Assembly (NCBI GenBank): GCA_035300645.1
Contig: DATGVF010000027.1
Coordinates: 1 to 49,885 of the forward strand
Source: a bacterium
GTDB lineage: Bacteria > Sysuimicrobiota > Sysuimicrobiia > Sysuimicrobiales > Kaftiobacteriaceae
DNA: 49,885 nt
Reading direction: 5' to 3'
The translations under genes were made by a program, and so were the position numbers. Positions within the stretch are counted from its first letter, which is position 1. The number at the start of each line of letters is the position of its first letter. Below the pieces are notes generated by a model. It had not been told where the DNA came from. It ran no database searches and saw only the letters and a list, made by a program, of their open reading frames with translations. Shown piece by piece: positions 37,032-46,662 of the stretch.

Positions 37032-37943
37032 CTAGCGGAACAACTGCAACAAGGGACGCACATCAGCCCCCTGCAGTTCCTCGGGCCACAGCGGCAATCG
37101 GTTGACGGACTTCTTCGCGCGCGGGTTCCGGTAGACCACGCCCAGCGGCAGCCGCCCGCGGCGGTCGAAGTCGTTCAGTAGCTCCCAGGCTGCGTCCAAA
37201 TTGGCGGGGTCGTGAGAGGCGGGGATCTCCTCGCCGTGCTCCCGATACCAGTCGTACGTGTTGAACTTGTTGTACGTTACACACGGGGAGAAGTCGTTCA
37301 CCATCGCAAACCCCTTGTGCTGCAACGCTTGGACGTAGATCTCCGAGGCGTGTTTGGGGTCGCCGCTGAAGGACTGCGACACAAACGTGGCGCCGGCGGT
37401 CAGCGCCAGCCGGAGCGGCGAAAACGGCGGCGGAGATTCTTCCGACCACTCTTTGATATCCATGCCGCGGCCGTGGGTGGGGGAGTGCTGTCCCTTCGTC
37501 AACCCGTACACCCCGTTGTCCATGATCACCAGCATCACGCCCGGGTCGCGCCGGCAGATGTGGACAAAGTTCTCGACGCCGATCGCAAACGTATCGCCAT
37601 CGCCGGCAAGCGCGATCACCGTCAGATCCGGCCGGGACATCTTCGCGCCCAACGCGTAGGCCAAAGCACCGCCATGAGTCCCGTGGAAAGCGTTTCCATT
37701 TAAGTAATTCCGGATCTGGCCGGAGCAGCCGATCCCTCCCACCATCAGGAGGTTCGCTGGCGTCACCTCCTGCTTGGTGAGGGCCATCTTCAGCGCAGCG
37801 AGAACACCAAAGTCTCCGCACCCCGGACACCACTGGATCCGGTGCCGGGGCGTGGCGTTCTCGTCCCACAATTTGGCCGATGGTTTCTGCGCCGCCCGGA
37901 CGGTGGGCTCGCCGTTAGACTTGGCGATATTTGAGTCACTCAC
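37032..37943 (-). CDS. korB: 2-oxoacid:ferredoxin oxidoreductase, beta (TPP-binding) subunit, 303 aa
   Basis: WCPGCGDFGVL and GDGDTFAIG TPP-binding motifs. Confidence 0.9.
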   Translation of the reverse strand: MSDSNIAKSNGEPTVRAAQKPSAKLWDENATPRHRIQWCPGCGDFGVLAALKMALTKQEVTPANLLMVGGIGCSGQIRNYLNGNAFHGTHGGALAYALGAKMSRPDLTVIALAGDGDTFAIGVENFVHICRRDPGVMLVIMDNGVYGLTKGQHSPTHGRGMDIKEWSEESPPPFSPLRLALTAGATFVSQSFSGDPKHASEIYVQALQHKGFAMVNDFSPCVTYNKFNTYDWYREHGEEIPASHDPANLDAAWELLNDFDRRGRLPLGVVYRNPRAKKSVNRLPLWPEELQGADVRPLLQLFR

Positions 37944-37968
37944 TTACGGTCGCCTCGACATCGCTCTT

Positions 37969-39849
37969 CTAGTCGCCTTCCGACACTCGCACGGGGGCAG
38001 GAGCTTCCGTTCCCACGCGCACGTGCGTGATGCCGTCGAGAAGAATCTGCTTGACTCCGCCGACCACATCGGACGCGTAGATCGGCAGTCCATTGTACTT
38101 GACGATCCGCCGTACGGGCAGGAGGGACTGGGATTGGATGACGTCGGCGAACTGCCCGGAGAAGTTCTGCTCGACCGCAATGATCACGGAGGCCCGCCCC
38201 AGCACCTTCTTGGCCACATCGGTGGGGAAGGGCCACAGGTGGGTAAAGTGAACGACCGCGGCGTCAACCTTCTGTGCACGCAGCCTCTGCTGAGCATCCA
38301 GCAGGACCGGCCGGGTGCTCCCCCATCCCACCAGGACCGGCTTGCCGTCAGGGGTGCCGAACACTTGGGGCGGCTTCGCGTCCTCGCGCAGATACGTCTC
38401 CATTTTGCGGGCGCGTTTCTCCATCATCGCCTTGCGGATCGCAGGGTCGGTGCTCACAAACCCCCGCTCATCGTGCTCGGATCCAGTTACCTTGAAGATA
38501 CCCCCGAGCGTCCCGGGCACTAAGCGCGGTGAAATCCCCGACGGGGTCAGCGCGAAGCGCTTGTAGGCCCCGTCCTTACGCAGATCCTCTTCGCGGACCA
38601 GAGTTCCTCGATCGACGCGCGGGGCGGTCTGGGTAAACACGGCTTCGGGGACGACCTTGCGACCCTCAGAGAGGTTCAGATCGGTGAGAAAGAAGACAGG
38701 GCACTGGTACTTATCGGCGAGGTTGTGGGCGTCGATCATCATCGTGTAGCACTCTTCCTGCGTGGAGGGCGCCAGCACGATCCGCGGGATCTCGCCGTGC
38801 CCGCCGAAGACGACCAACGATAGATCCGCCTGCTCGCTCTTGGTCGGCATCCCCGTCGAGGGCCCGGCCCTCTGCGTATCCACGATGACGATCGGGACTT
38901 CCGCCATGCCCGACACACCGAACTCCTCGACCTTCAACGACAGCCCTGGCCCTGAGGTCCCGACCATGGCCCGCACACCCGCGACCGCCGCGCCCAAGGC
39001 AGCGCGGATAGATTCGCGCTCGTTCTGCCCCTGCATGGCCCGACCGCCATACTTGGGCAGGTGCTCTTCCAGAAACTCCAGGATGGCCGAGGCGGGGGTA
39101 ATCGGATAGCCCGCGTAGTACCGGCAGCCGCCTTGGATGGCACCGATCGACAGTGCTTCGTTGCCGGAAATCAACAACCGCGGCTCTGTGAGCGGGCGGG
39201 GTTCCAAGTGGTACCCGGTCCCAGTCCACCCTCGGGCCTTTAAGACGGTCTCCACCACTTCGCGACCTCGCTGGGCCGCTTGCAGGTTAGTGTCGATGAC
39301 CTTTTGCCCTTTGCGCATGAACCGCTCTTCCACCAACTTGCGCAATAAAGACACATCGCGGTCAAACTCTAGGATGCGAAACAGCGCGCCCACGGCGACC
39401 ATGTTCTTGACTACATCGAGCTTCAGCTCGTCGCGGGCGACGTTGCGGGCAGGGAGAGGGAAGACCTTGATCCCGCGCCGTTCTAGTGTCTCGGTGGGAA
39501 TCTCTCCGGTGCTACTGTCGTAGACCAGCACCCCGCCATCTTTAAGGTGCGATTCGTGCCGCAGGACGGTATCGCGGTTCGGTTGCTGGGACGCGTCGGG
39601 GTTGCTGTCATAATCCAGCGCCACGAGGATATCGACCGCAGGATCTCCCCAGGAGATGGGAGGTTGATCGGCGATGACCATCGGATCGTACTGGTGCGCG
39701 CCGTAGATCGTGGACGCGTAGCCGCGTTCCATAGCCAGAACATATAGTCCAGCCCGAGTGAGGATTCGACCGAGGACGTCGGTGACGGTGACGACGCCGT
39801 CACGGAGCTGCACGCCACCGACGAGGAGTTTCAGATGGTTGGTGATCAC
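37969..39849 (-). CDS. korA: 2-oxoacid:ferredoxin oxidoreductase, alpha subunit (fused gamma-alpha type), about 626 aa
   Basis: AGYPITPAS motif with pyruvate-flavodoxin oxidoreductase domains. The track ORF starts at TTG 39918. I prefer GTG 39849, preceded by AGGAAGG 6 nt upstream. The start is uncertain by 23 codons. Confidence 0.88.
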   Translation of the reverse strand: MITNHLKLLVGGVQLRDGVVTVTDVLGRILTRAGLYVLAMERGYASTIYGAHQYDPMVIADQPPISWGDPAVDILVALDYDSNPDASQQPNRDTVLRHESHLKDGGVLVYDSSTGEIPTETLERRGIKVFPLPARNVARDELKLDVVKNMVAVGALFRILEFDRDVSLLRKLVEERFMRKGQKVIDTNLQAAQRGREVVETVLKARGWTGTGYHLEPRPLTEPRLLISGNEALSIGAIQGGCRYYAGYPITPASAILEFLEEHLPKYGGRAMQGQNERESIRAALGAAVAGVRAMVGTSGPGLSLKVEEFGVSGMAEVPIVIVDTQRAGPSTGMPTKSEQADLSLVVFGGHGEIPRIVLAPSTQEECYTMMIDAHNLADKYQCPVFFLTDLNLSEGRKVVPEAVFTQTAPRVDRGTLVREEDLRKDGAYKRFALTPSGISPRLVPGTLGGIFKVTGSEHDERGFVSTDPAIRKAMMEKRARKMETYLREDAKPPQVFGTPDGKPVLVGWGSTRPVLLDAQQRLRAQKVDAAVVHFTHLWPFPTDVAKKVLGRASVIIAVEQNFSGQFADVIQSQSLLPVRRIVKYNGLPIYASDVVGGVKQILLDGITHVRVGTEAPAPVRVSEGD

Positions 39850-40131
39850 CGCGTGCCTTCCTACTTTCTCGACAAGATGGGCCTCCGGTGCCACTCCGCC
39901 AGAGGCCCGACTCCTCAACTACATCAAGCGCATGTTCGCCATCCGTTATCATACCACACGCCCAGGAAGCGAGACTGCTCCCTCGACGCGGGCCAATTTC
40001 CGCAGTAGTTGTAGATTTTCGCGTGCAAAAATCCCCCCAGAACGGGCAGACTGTGTCATATAGAACGCGGGGAGAACCGACTAAGTAGGTGAGACCCTCA
40101 TGATCAGCGTCAGAGGGGGTAGGCGGCGACT

Positions 40132-40680
40132 GTGAATCTCCGGCAGGAGCTGGAACGCTACCACAGCGCGAGCTATGGGTGGGCCCTGGCTTGCTGCGCA
40201 CACGACCGGGCTCGGGCCGACGATGTGCTGCAGACAGTTTACGTCAAGGTGTTGGAAGGCCGCGCCCGATATGATGGACGATCCACCTTCAAGACGTGGC
40301 TCTTCGCGGTCATTCGGAAGACGGCAGCGGGCGCCTGGCGCTATCACCTGTTTCACGCACGCCATCTCACGCTCCAAGCAGAAGACGCCCCCTTGGCAGT
40401 CGATGAGAGTGCCGAAGAAGTTTTCGAGCGCACACAACGGCTGGCGCGCCTCCGGGAGGCACTGGCCACCCTGCCGGACCGGCAGCGGCAGGCGTTGCAC
40501 CTGGTGTTCTACGAGGAGATGAGCGTGCGCGAGGCCGCAGCAGTAATCGGGGTGTCACTCGGGACGGCTCGAGTGCATTACGAACGGGGGAAGAAACGAC
40601 TCCGGCAACGGCTGGAGGAAACAGAGGTGTCTGATGGATCGCGATCCCCACGACGCGCCATTCACGACGTGGTTTCGTGA
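40132..40680 (+). CDS. ECF-type RNA polymerase sigma factor (sigma-70 family group 4), 182 aa, GTG start
   Basis: Region 2 (DDVLQTVYVKVLEGRARYDGRSTFKTWLFAVIRK) and region 4 HTH (LPDRQRQALHLVFYEEMSVREAAAVIGVSLGTARVHYERGKKRLRQ). Confidence 0.85.
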   Translation: MNLRQELERYHSASYGWALACCAHDRARADDVLQTVYVKVLEGRARYDGRSTFKTWLFAVIRKTAAGAWRYHLFHARHLTLQAEDAPLAVDESAEEVFERTQRLARLREALATLPDRQRQALHLVFYEEMSVREAAAVIGVSLGTARVHYERGKKRLRQRLEETEVSDGSRSPRRAIHDVVS

Positions 40681-40987
40681 GCTGCGCTCCGACGACGCAC
40701 GGCACACGCCGCCTGCGCACCACCTACTAGACAGGGCTGCCAGAAAGCCGGGCAGGCACAGGCGACAGTGGGCCCTGCCAGCGACCGTTGCGGCGATGAC
40801 GATCGCGGCCCTGTTGGTGATCGTCTGGAGTGCCCCGTTCGCGCCGCGCGGGACACCCACGACCCAGCTGTGGCAGTGGCAGCCCCCCACAGCCGAGCTC
40901 CTGCACCTATTTGGCGAGGAACTGTTGAACAAGACGCCCCAACTCGGTACGCCACTGACAATGAGCACCGAGGGTACGAGAGACTAG
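40634..40987 (+). CDS. Putative single-pass anti-sigma factor, 117 aa
   Basis: ORF overlapping the sigma gene 3' end by 47 nt. Short cytoplasmic N-terminus, one TM (LPATVAAMTIAALLVIVW), small extracytoplasmic tail. There is no HxxxCxxC zinc motif, so the call is by position and topology only. Confidence 0.45.
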   Translation: MDRDPHDAPFTTWFRELRSDDARHTPPAHHLLDRAARKPGRHRRQWALPATVAAMTIAALLVIVWSAPFAPRGTPTTQLWQWQPPTAELLHLFGEELLNKTPQLGTPLTMSTEGTRD

Positions 40988-41007
40988 AAAAGGACGAGGT
41001 GATCTCC

Positions 41008-41439
41008 ATGGTCAAGTCCGGATTGTTGATGCTCATAGTGCTCGTCTTACTGGGAGGGACGTCGCTCTCGGCGCAGCCGCGCATGATGCGCCCGCCCGTC
41101 GATCCCTTAGGCGAGAATCTGTTCCCCCCTGAGCTCGTCATGCAGCACCAGCAGGCCCTCGAGCTCACCGAGGAGCAGCGGAATTTGATCAGAGGGGAAA
41201 TCCAGAATGCCCAGGCGCGGTTCACCGAAGTGCAGTGGCAACTGCAAAATGAGATGGAAACCATGGCCTCTCTCGTCAAGCAGGGGCGAATCGACGAGCA
41301 GCGCACGTTAACCCAGCTGGACAAAATTGTGGGGCTTGAACGAGAGATCAAGCGGACGCAGCTGGCCTTGCTCATCCGGGTCAAAAACTCGCTAACCCCG
41401 GAGCAGCAGGCGAAGCTACAAACTCTGCGCCGTCAATAG
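41008..41439 (+). CDS. Secreted LTXXQ-motif protein (Spy/CpxP-like periplasmic chaperone family), 143 aa
   Basis: Track ORF 40768..41439 trimmed to ATG 41008, preceded by GAGGTGA (5-nt spacer). Signal peptide MVKSGLLMLIVLVLLGGTSLSAQP. Two LTXXQ motifs (LTEEQRNLI, LTPEQQAKL) in a helical, Gln/Glu-rich protein. Confidence 0.65.
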   Translation: MVKSGLLMLIVLVLLGGTSLSAQPRMMRPPVDPLGENLFPPELVMQHQQALELTEEQRNLIRGEIQNAQARFTEVQWQLQNEMETMASLVKQGRIDEQRTLTQLDKIVGLEREIKRTQLALLIRVKNSLTPEQQAKLQTLRRQ

Positions 41440-41448
41440 CGCCTGACG

Positions 41449-41916
41449 CTAGCTTTCCGCCCGACGCTTCGCCGCGTCGAGGAGCACCCGCCGAATCACG
41501 CCGGAGAAGGGGGCGATGACGGCCCAGTACAGGCGGAAGGCCCGGTCTGCCTGGGGAGTGGCCGTTTCGACCCACGTTTCCGTGCTGAGCACTGACCCAG
41601 ACGGCGTCGGCATGACTCGGAAGTTTCCCATCGCGCGCATCGCAGTCCGTTCTATGGCGAACACGATCTCGCGCGGCGGGTCCTCCCCTAGGATGCGAAA
41701 ACTCCCGGTGCTGAAGAACTCCCGCACTGTCATCTCCCTGCGATAAGGGATCCTGCGCAGGCCGAAGAGCGTCCTCACAACCCGAACATCGCGCAATGAA
41801 ACTCTCAGGGCAGCTTCATAGGTCCGTGCAGCGGGCGCCGACGTGTGGACCCAGTAGTAACTCAGCCGCCGAGCGTGTGGTCCCAAGTACTTTGAGATTG
41901 ATGCGCTCTCCATCAA
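41449..41916 (-). CDS. Hypothetical protein, 155 aa (possibly SRPBCC/DUF2867-like; weak)
   Basis: Intact ORF with GGGGGA upstream of TTG 41916 / ATG 41913. No firm motif; the family guess is from general sequence resemblance only. Confidence 0.4.
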   Translation of the reverse strand: MMESASISKYLGPHARRLSYYWVHTSAPAARTYEAALRVSLRDVRVVRTLFGLRRIPYRREMTVREFFSTGSFRILGEDPPREIVFAIERTAMRAMGNFRVMPTPSGSVLSTETWVETATPQADRAFRLYWAVIAPFSGVIRRVLLDAAKRRAES

Positions 41917-42092
41917 GGTGTCCCCCTATATTGTCCACCGTACACGGAATCTAGGTCGGCGGGGAGGGCCGGGGGGCCACCATTGCTCACGGGAGGAGGA
42001 CAAACGTTAGTACAGGAACCCCGCTTGAGACCACGTAAGGACCCACACACAGAGCGCAGTAGCCTCGTGATTCTCAAACCGGAGGACTCTCG

Positions 42093-43256
42093 ATGACTAG
42101 CGAGCACACAGCACGCGGATCTACTAATACGCCTCAGCCGATCAGCGGCAACCTGGGCGCGCCCATCATTGGCCCGTCGAACCCCGCCCGCGAGGCCCAG
42201 AACCCAGACACGCTGGCACCGCCGCGGCAGGACCATGGGACGGTGCCAAACCTGAGATGGTCCTTCGCCGACAGCCACATGCACTTGGCCCCCGGCGGCT
42301 GGGGGCGTCAGACGACGACGCGCGAGTTGCCCATCTCCACCCAGATCGCCGGTGTCAGCATGCGGCTCAAGGCTGGGGGCGTCCGGGAATTGCACTGGCA
42401 TAAGGCGGCCGAGTGGGCGTACATGCTCAAGGGCCGGGCCCGGATCACCGCCATCGACCAAGGGGGTCGCGCCTTCCAAGACGATGTGGGCGAAGGCGAC
42501 CTCTGGTACTTCGGAGCGGGCATCCCGCACTCGATCCAGGGACTGGCAGGGGACGGCTGCGAGTTCTTGCTCGTCTTCGACGACGGCAACTTCTCGGAGG
42601 AAGAGACCTTCCTGCTGACCGACTGGCTCGCCCACACCCCGAAAGATGTGCTCGCCAAGAATTTCGGCGTGCCCGAGAGCGCGTTCGCGCACATCCCAGA
42701 GAAAGAACTCTGGATCTTTCAGGCAGACGTCCCTGGTCCGCTCGCCGCAGACCGCGTCGCCGGCGCCGGGCCGGTGCCCCTGTCCTTCAGCTACCGGATG
42801 TTGGCCCAGGAGCCCATGCGCATGAAGGGCGGCACCGTCCGCGTCGCGGACTCATCCGTGTTCCCAGCCTCGAAGACGATCGCCGCCGCGCTCGTCGAAG
42901 TTGAACCCGGCGGCATGCGCGAGCTGCACTGGCACACAAACGTGGACGAGTGGCAGTTCTACATCTCGGGCGAGGCACGGATGACGGTGTTCGCCTCGGT
43001 GAACAACGCCCGCACCTTTAATTTCCAGGCGGGCGATGTCGGCGCCGTGCCATTCCCGATGGGCCATTACATCGAGAACATCGGCAAGGCGACGCTGCGG
43101 TTTCTCGAGATCTTCCGAAGCGACCACTTCGCCGACGTCTCGCTGGCGCAGTGGTTGGCGTTTACTCCCCACGCGCTTGTGCGGGCGCATCTGAATATCG
43201 ATGAGTCGGTGCTGGCGAAGATCCCGGCGCGCAAGACCCCCGTGGTGCCGGGCTGA
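42093..43256 (+). CDS. oxdC: Oxalate decarboxylase-family bicupin, 387 aa
   Basis: Two cupin Mn-binding motifs ([22 protein letters not shown] and [23 protein letters not shown]). Length and N-terminal region resemble Bacillus OxdC. GGAGGA SD upstream. Confidence 0.85.
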   Translation: MTSEHTARGSTNTPQPISGNLGAPIIGPSNPAREAQNPDTLAPPRQDHGTVPNLRWSFADSHMHLAPGGWGRQTTTRELPISTQIAGVSMRLKAGGVRELHWHKAAEWAYMLKGRARITAIDQGGRAFQDDVGEGDLWYFGAGIPHSIQGLAGDGCEFLLVFDDGNFSEEETFLLTDWLAHTPKDVLAKNFGVPESAFAHIPEKELWIFQADVPGPLAADRVAGAGPVPLSFSYRMLAQEPMRMKGGTVRVADSSVFPASKTIAAALVEVEPGGMRELHWHTNVDEWQFYISGEARMTVFASVNNARTFNFQAGDVGAVPFPMGHYIENIGKATLRFLEIFRSDHFADVSLAQWLAFTPHALVRAHLNIDESVLAKIPARKTPVVPG

Positions 43257-43418
43257 CCGGGTCGTCATCCTCGATTCGTCTGGCGTGGGTGTCAAGCGGG
43301 TTATTTGAGGGGCTCCCATTCCTCCAGGGCCACCGGCTGGGACTCCATTCGCGAGCCCCACGCAGTCTGGCGCAATGCGCAGGAGGCGTCTAGACAGCGC
43401 GGGAACAGTCTGGGCGAC

Positions 43419-44399
43419 ATGGACTTGCAGGAGCGCTACGCCGACGATCTCGTCCTCGTGCGCAGCACAGGCGGACGGGTGGCCCTCGGCGTGTTGGTCG
43501 CCGCCTTGGTCCTGTTGCCTGTGGGGGCGTCAGGCTACCTCATCTATACCGCGTCTGTGGTGGCCGCCTACGCCGTCATCGCGGTCGGGTTAAGCCTCCT
43601 GGTCGGCACGGCGGGATTGATTTCTCTCGGCCACGCGGGCTTTGTCGCCATCGGTGCATACGCCGCCGGTCTTCTCGCAGCCAAACTACACCTCTTCTGG
43701 CCGGCGGCCATCGTGGGCGGTGGAATCACCGCAGCCGCCTTCGGATATCTCGTGGGGTTGCCTGCCCTCCGGCTCACCGGACCCTATCTCACAATCGCTA
43801 CCCTCGGGTTTGGGATCGCGGTCCAGCAAGTGCTGAGCAACTGGGAACAACTGTCTGGAGGCCGCAACGGTCTGTTCTTGCCCAAGCTCACGCTGGGCTC
43901 ATGGCAACTGACCGATCGCCACATCTACTACGTGGCGATGGGGACCCTGGCGCTATTAGTCTGGGTCGCCTACAACCTGCTGCGGTCTTATGTCGGCCGG
44001 GCCCTCGTCGCCATGCGCGACAGCGACATCGCGGCTGAAGTCATGGGGGTGAATCTCACCACCTACAAGACGCTGGCCTTTGCGCTCAGCGCCTTCTACG
44101 CTGGCGTGGGCGGCGCCCTCCTCGCGCTCATCCTGGGATTCTTGGAACCTCAGTTGTTCACGCTGTCAGAATCTATCTATTACTTCAGCATGATCGTCGT
44201 GGGCGGCCTCGGCACCATCCCGGGGGCCGTGTTGGGCGCGGCCTTACTGACCCTACTCCCCCAGCAGCTGGCTCAGACGAGGTCGTGGCTGCCGATCATC
44301 TACGGCAGCATCCTCATCTTCGTGATGGCCGTTGACCCCCTGGGGCTCTTCGGCCGCTGGATGAAAATCAGGCTGTGGTTCAAGGCATGGCCGTTCTGA
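43419..44399 (+). CDS. livM: Branched-chain amino acid (HAAT family) ABC transporter permease, LivM-type, 326 aa
   Basis: Multi-TM. Typical LivM features (GLISLGHAGFVAIGAY, RDSDIAAEVMGVN). Track ORF trimmed to ATG 43419. Confidence 0.85.
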   Translation: MDLQERYADDLVLVRSTGGRVALGVLVAALVLLPVGASGYLIYTASVVAAYAVIAVGLSLLVGTAGLISLGHAGFVAIGAYAAGLLAAKLHLFWPAAIVGGGITAAAFGYLVGLPALRLTGPYLTIATLGFGIAVQQVLSNWEQLSGGRNGLFLPKLTLGSWQLTDRHIYYVAMGTLALLVWVAYNLLRSYVGRALVAMRDSDIAAEVMGVNLTTYKTLAFALSAFYAGVGGALLALILGFLEPQLFTLSESIYYFSMIVVGGLGTIPGAVLGAALLTLLPQQLAQTRSWLPIIYGSILIFVMAVDPLGLFGRWMKIRLWFKAWPF

Positions 44400-44468
44400 T
44401 CCGTGTACGCGGCGGATCTCCCGCCCCCGTCGGCCGCCCGGCGACGAGCGAGCGGCGCGCGATCTAGC

Positions 44469-45347
44469 ATGGAGCTGTTGGCGCAGTACGGCGTCGTGGG
44501 GCTTGCCACCGGGAGCCTCTACGCGCTGGTGGCGTTGGGCATCGTACTGCTCTACCGGACATCGCGTGTCCTCAACTTTGCGCACGGCGACCTCGCGACG
44601 TTTGCCACGTTCATCTGCTATACGTTTCTCACCCAATTGCGAGTGCCGTTTGGGGTTGCAGTGGTCGCTACGTTCGCTGCGGCGGTGGTCATTGGCGCCG
44701 GATTTTACTTCCTCATCCTACGGCCCGCCCGGGAGGCGACGTTATTGGGCCGGGTCATCATCACCCTGGGATTCGCCCTGGTACTCAACGGCGTCGCCAT
44801 CCAATTGTGGGGCGCGGATGTCCGGCCGTTCCCGTTTCCACTGTCCGATGCGCGGGTGTACCACCTCGGAGGCGTGGTCATCAGCCAGATCAGCCTGGGT
44901 ACTACCGCAGCCGCCCTGGCCCTCATGGCCGCGTTGTACGGACTCGTCCAGCACACCCGGGTCGGCCTGGCGATGCGGGCTGTCTCCCAACATCTGATCG
45001 CTGCTCAGGTGCTGGGGATCCCAGCACGGCGTATCTTCGTCCTGACCTGGGGGCTCGCCGCGATGCTCGGGGCGGCGGCGGGAATTCTGCTGGCCCCGAC
45101 CGCACTGTTGGACCCTTTCATGATGCTCGACCCTTTTCTCAAGGGATTCTCCGCGGCGGTCTTGGGCGGCATCGACAGCATGCCTGGAGCCGTGATCGGC
45201 GGCCTGCTGCTCGGTTTACTTGAGGCCCTGTTCGGGGGCTATGTCTCCGTGCAGTTTAAGACCACATTGGCCTTCGGGATCATAATCGCCGTGCTGATCG
45301 TGCGGCCTGAGGGGTTACTCGGCCGAGAATTCAAGCGTCGGGTGTAA
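44469..45347 (+). CDS. livH: Branched-chain amino acid ABC transporter permease, LivH-type, 292 aa
   Basis: The MELLAQYGVVGLATGSLYALVALGIVLLYRTSRVLNFAHGD N-terminus is canonical LivH. Track ORF trimmed to ATG 44469. Confidence 0.85.
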   Translation: MELLAQYGVVGLATGSLYALVALGIVLLYRTSRVLNFAHGDLATFATFICYTFLTQLRVPFGVAVVATFAAAVVIGAGFYFLILRPAREATLLGRVIITLGFALVLNGVAIQLWGADVRPFPFPLSDARVYHLGGVVISQISLGTTAAALALMAALYGLVQHTRVGLAMRAVSQHLIAAQVLGIPARRIFVLTWGLAAMLGAAAGILLAPTALLDPFMMLDPFLKGFSAAVLGGIDSMPGAVIGGLLLGLLEALFGGYVSVQFKTTLAFGIIIAVLIVRPEGLLGREFKRRV

Positions 45348-45439
45348 TTCCCGAGACCCCCACCGAGGCAGTAGAGGGTAACGACGCTCTGGGCGCGTAC
45401 TTTGAGCGTGCACCTTCAGATTAGCAAAGGGGTGAAGCT

Positions 45440-46624
45440 ATGACGGTCGTAGGCCGAGGCGTTGCAGGTGCGCTCTTGGTTGTACTGCTCCTGCTCAGCG
45501 CCTCCGTCCAATCTCAAGAACGCGGTGTGACGCCGACCGAAGTGGTCATTGGAACGTCGCAGCCCCTGACAGGGCCGGCATCATTCTGGGGTATACCGGT
45601 CACTGGCGGCATGGACGCGTACGTTAAGCTGGCGAACGAGGGAGGAGGCATCAACGGACGCAAGATTCGCCTCGTAGCCCTGGACGATGGGTACCAACCG
45701 ACTCGGGCGGTCGCCAATGTCCGCGAACTCGTGGAAAGCACCGGCGTGTTCGCCATCGTCGGGTTGTTGGGGTCAGCCAACGCCTTTGCCGTGCGCGACT
45801 ACATGGTGGAGAAGAAAGTCATCTGGATCAATCCGCTCGCAGACGCCAGTATGTGGACGGGGTTCAAAGGCAAGCAGTACCTGTTCGTGACTTATGTGAG
45901 CTATACGGACGAAGGACGGCTCCTCACGGAGTATGCGGCGAAGACGTTGGGGATGACCACGTTTGCCGTCTTTTACCAGAACGACTTGTTCGGGAAGAAG
46001 GGACTCACGGGCGTCAAGCGCGGCGCGGACGCGACGAAGACCCGCATCGTCGCGACGGTGCCCTATGAGGTGACGGATCGCGACTATAGTGGCCACGCCG
46101 TGAAGCTTCGGGAGTCTAAAGCCGATGCCGTCGTCTTGTACTCCACCCCGACGGCTGCGGCTCAGGTCGTCAAGGAAATGGCCAAGATCGGGTACCGCCC
46201 CCGGCTGATCTCCACCTCCGCATTGGCCGATCCGGCTATGTTCGCCCTCGCGGGGGAGGCCTGGAACGACGTCATCCTCGCCGCGTACTTCCCGCTGCCG
46301 GGCACCGACTCTAAGGTCGACGAGGTCGTGGCCACCATCGCGAAGGGGAATCCCGCGCTGGCCCGCGCGCCCATCAACGCCGTGGCCGGCGTCTCGTTTG
46401 TGGAACCGTTTCTCGAGGGCCTGCGCCGCACCGGACCTACGCTCACCCGGGACAAGTTTGTCGCCGCAATGGAGACGATTAAGAACTGGGACGGGGACGT
46501 GGTGCGGGGCGTGACCTTTGGGCCTGACCGACGGCACGGCGTGACGCGAATCTACATCGTGAAGACTGAAGGAGGGCAATTCAAGCGCTTGACGCCTGAT
46601 ATCGCCTACCCAGTGGGGTTCTAA
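45440..46624 (+). CDS. ABC transporter substrate-binding protein (Leu/Ile/Val-binding, Peripla_BP_6 type), 394 aa
   Basis: Sec signal peptide without a lipobox Cys. IGTSQPLTGPASFWG and INGRKIRLVALDDGYQP are typical of LivJ/K-like SBPs. SD AAAGGGGTGA upstream. Confidence 0.85.
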   Translation: MTVVGRGVAGALLVVLLLLSASVQSQERGVTPTEVVIGTSQPLTGPASFWGIPVTGGMDAYVKLANEGGGINGRKIRLVALDDGYQPTRAVANVRELVESTGVFAIVGLLGSANAFAVRDYMVEKKVIWINPLADASMWTGFKGKQYLFVTYVSYTDEGRLLTEYAAKTLGMTTFAVFYQNDLFGKKGLTGVKRGADATKTRIVATVPYEVTDRDYSGHAVKLRESKADAVVLYSTPTAAAQVVKEMAKIGYRPRLISTSALADPAMFALAGEAWNDVILAAYFPLPGTDSKVDEVVATIAKGNPALARAPINAVAGVSFVEPFLEGLRRTGPTLTRDKFVAAMETIKNWDGDVVRGVTFGPDRRHGVTRIYIVKTEGGQFKRLTPDIAYPVGF

Positions 46625-46662
46625 GTTCCACGTCTCCCTAGAATGAATCGGCCTGCCTCCCC

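Noticed and set aside
39850-39918. TTG 39918 as the korA start (track coordinate)
   Set aside because: There is no SD upstream of it and the N-terminal extension is non-conserved-looking. GTG 39849 has AGGAAGG 6 nt upstream. A possible extended -10 (TGgTATGAT, 39948-39956 on the minus strand) is compatible with either start, so this remains uncertain rather than excluded.
41913-42692. 259-aa minus-strand ORF
   Set aside because: It is antisense to the oxalate decarboxylase gene, whose two cupin motifs are unambiguous. It is a shadow frame.
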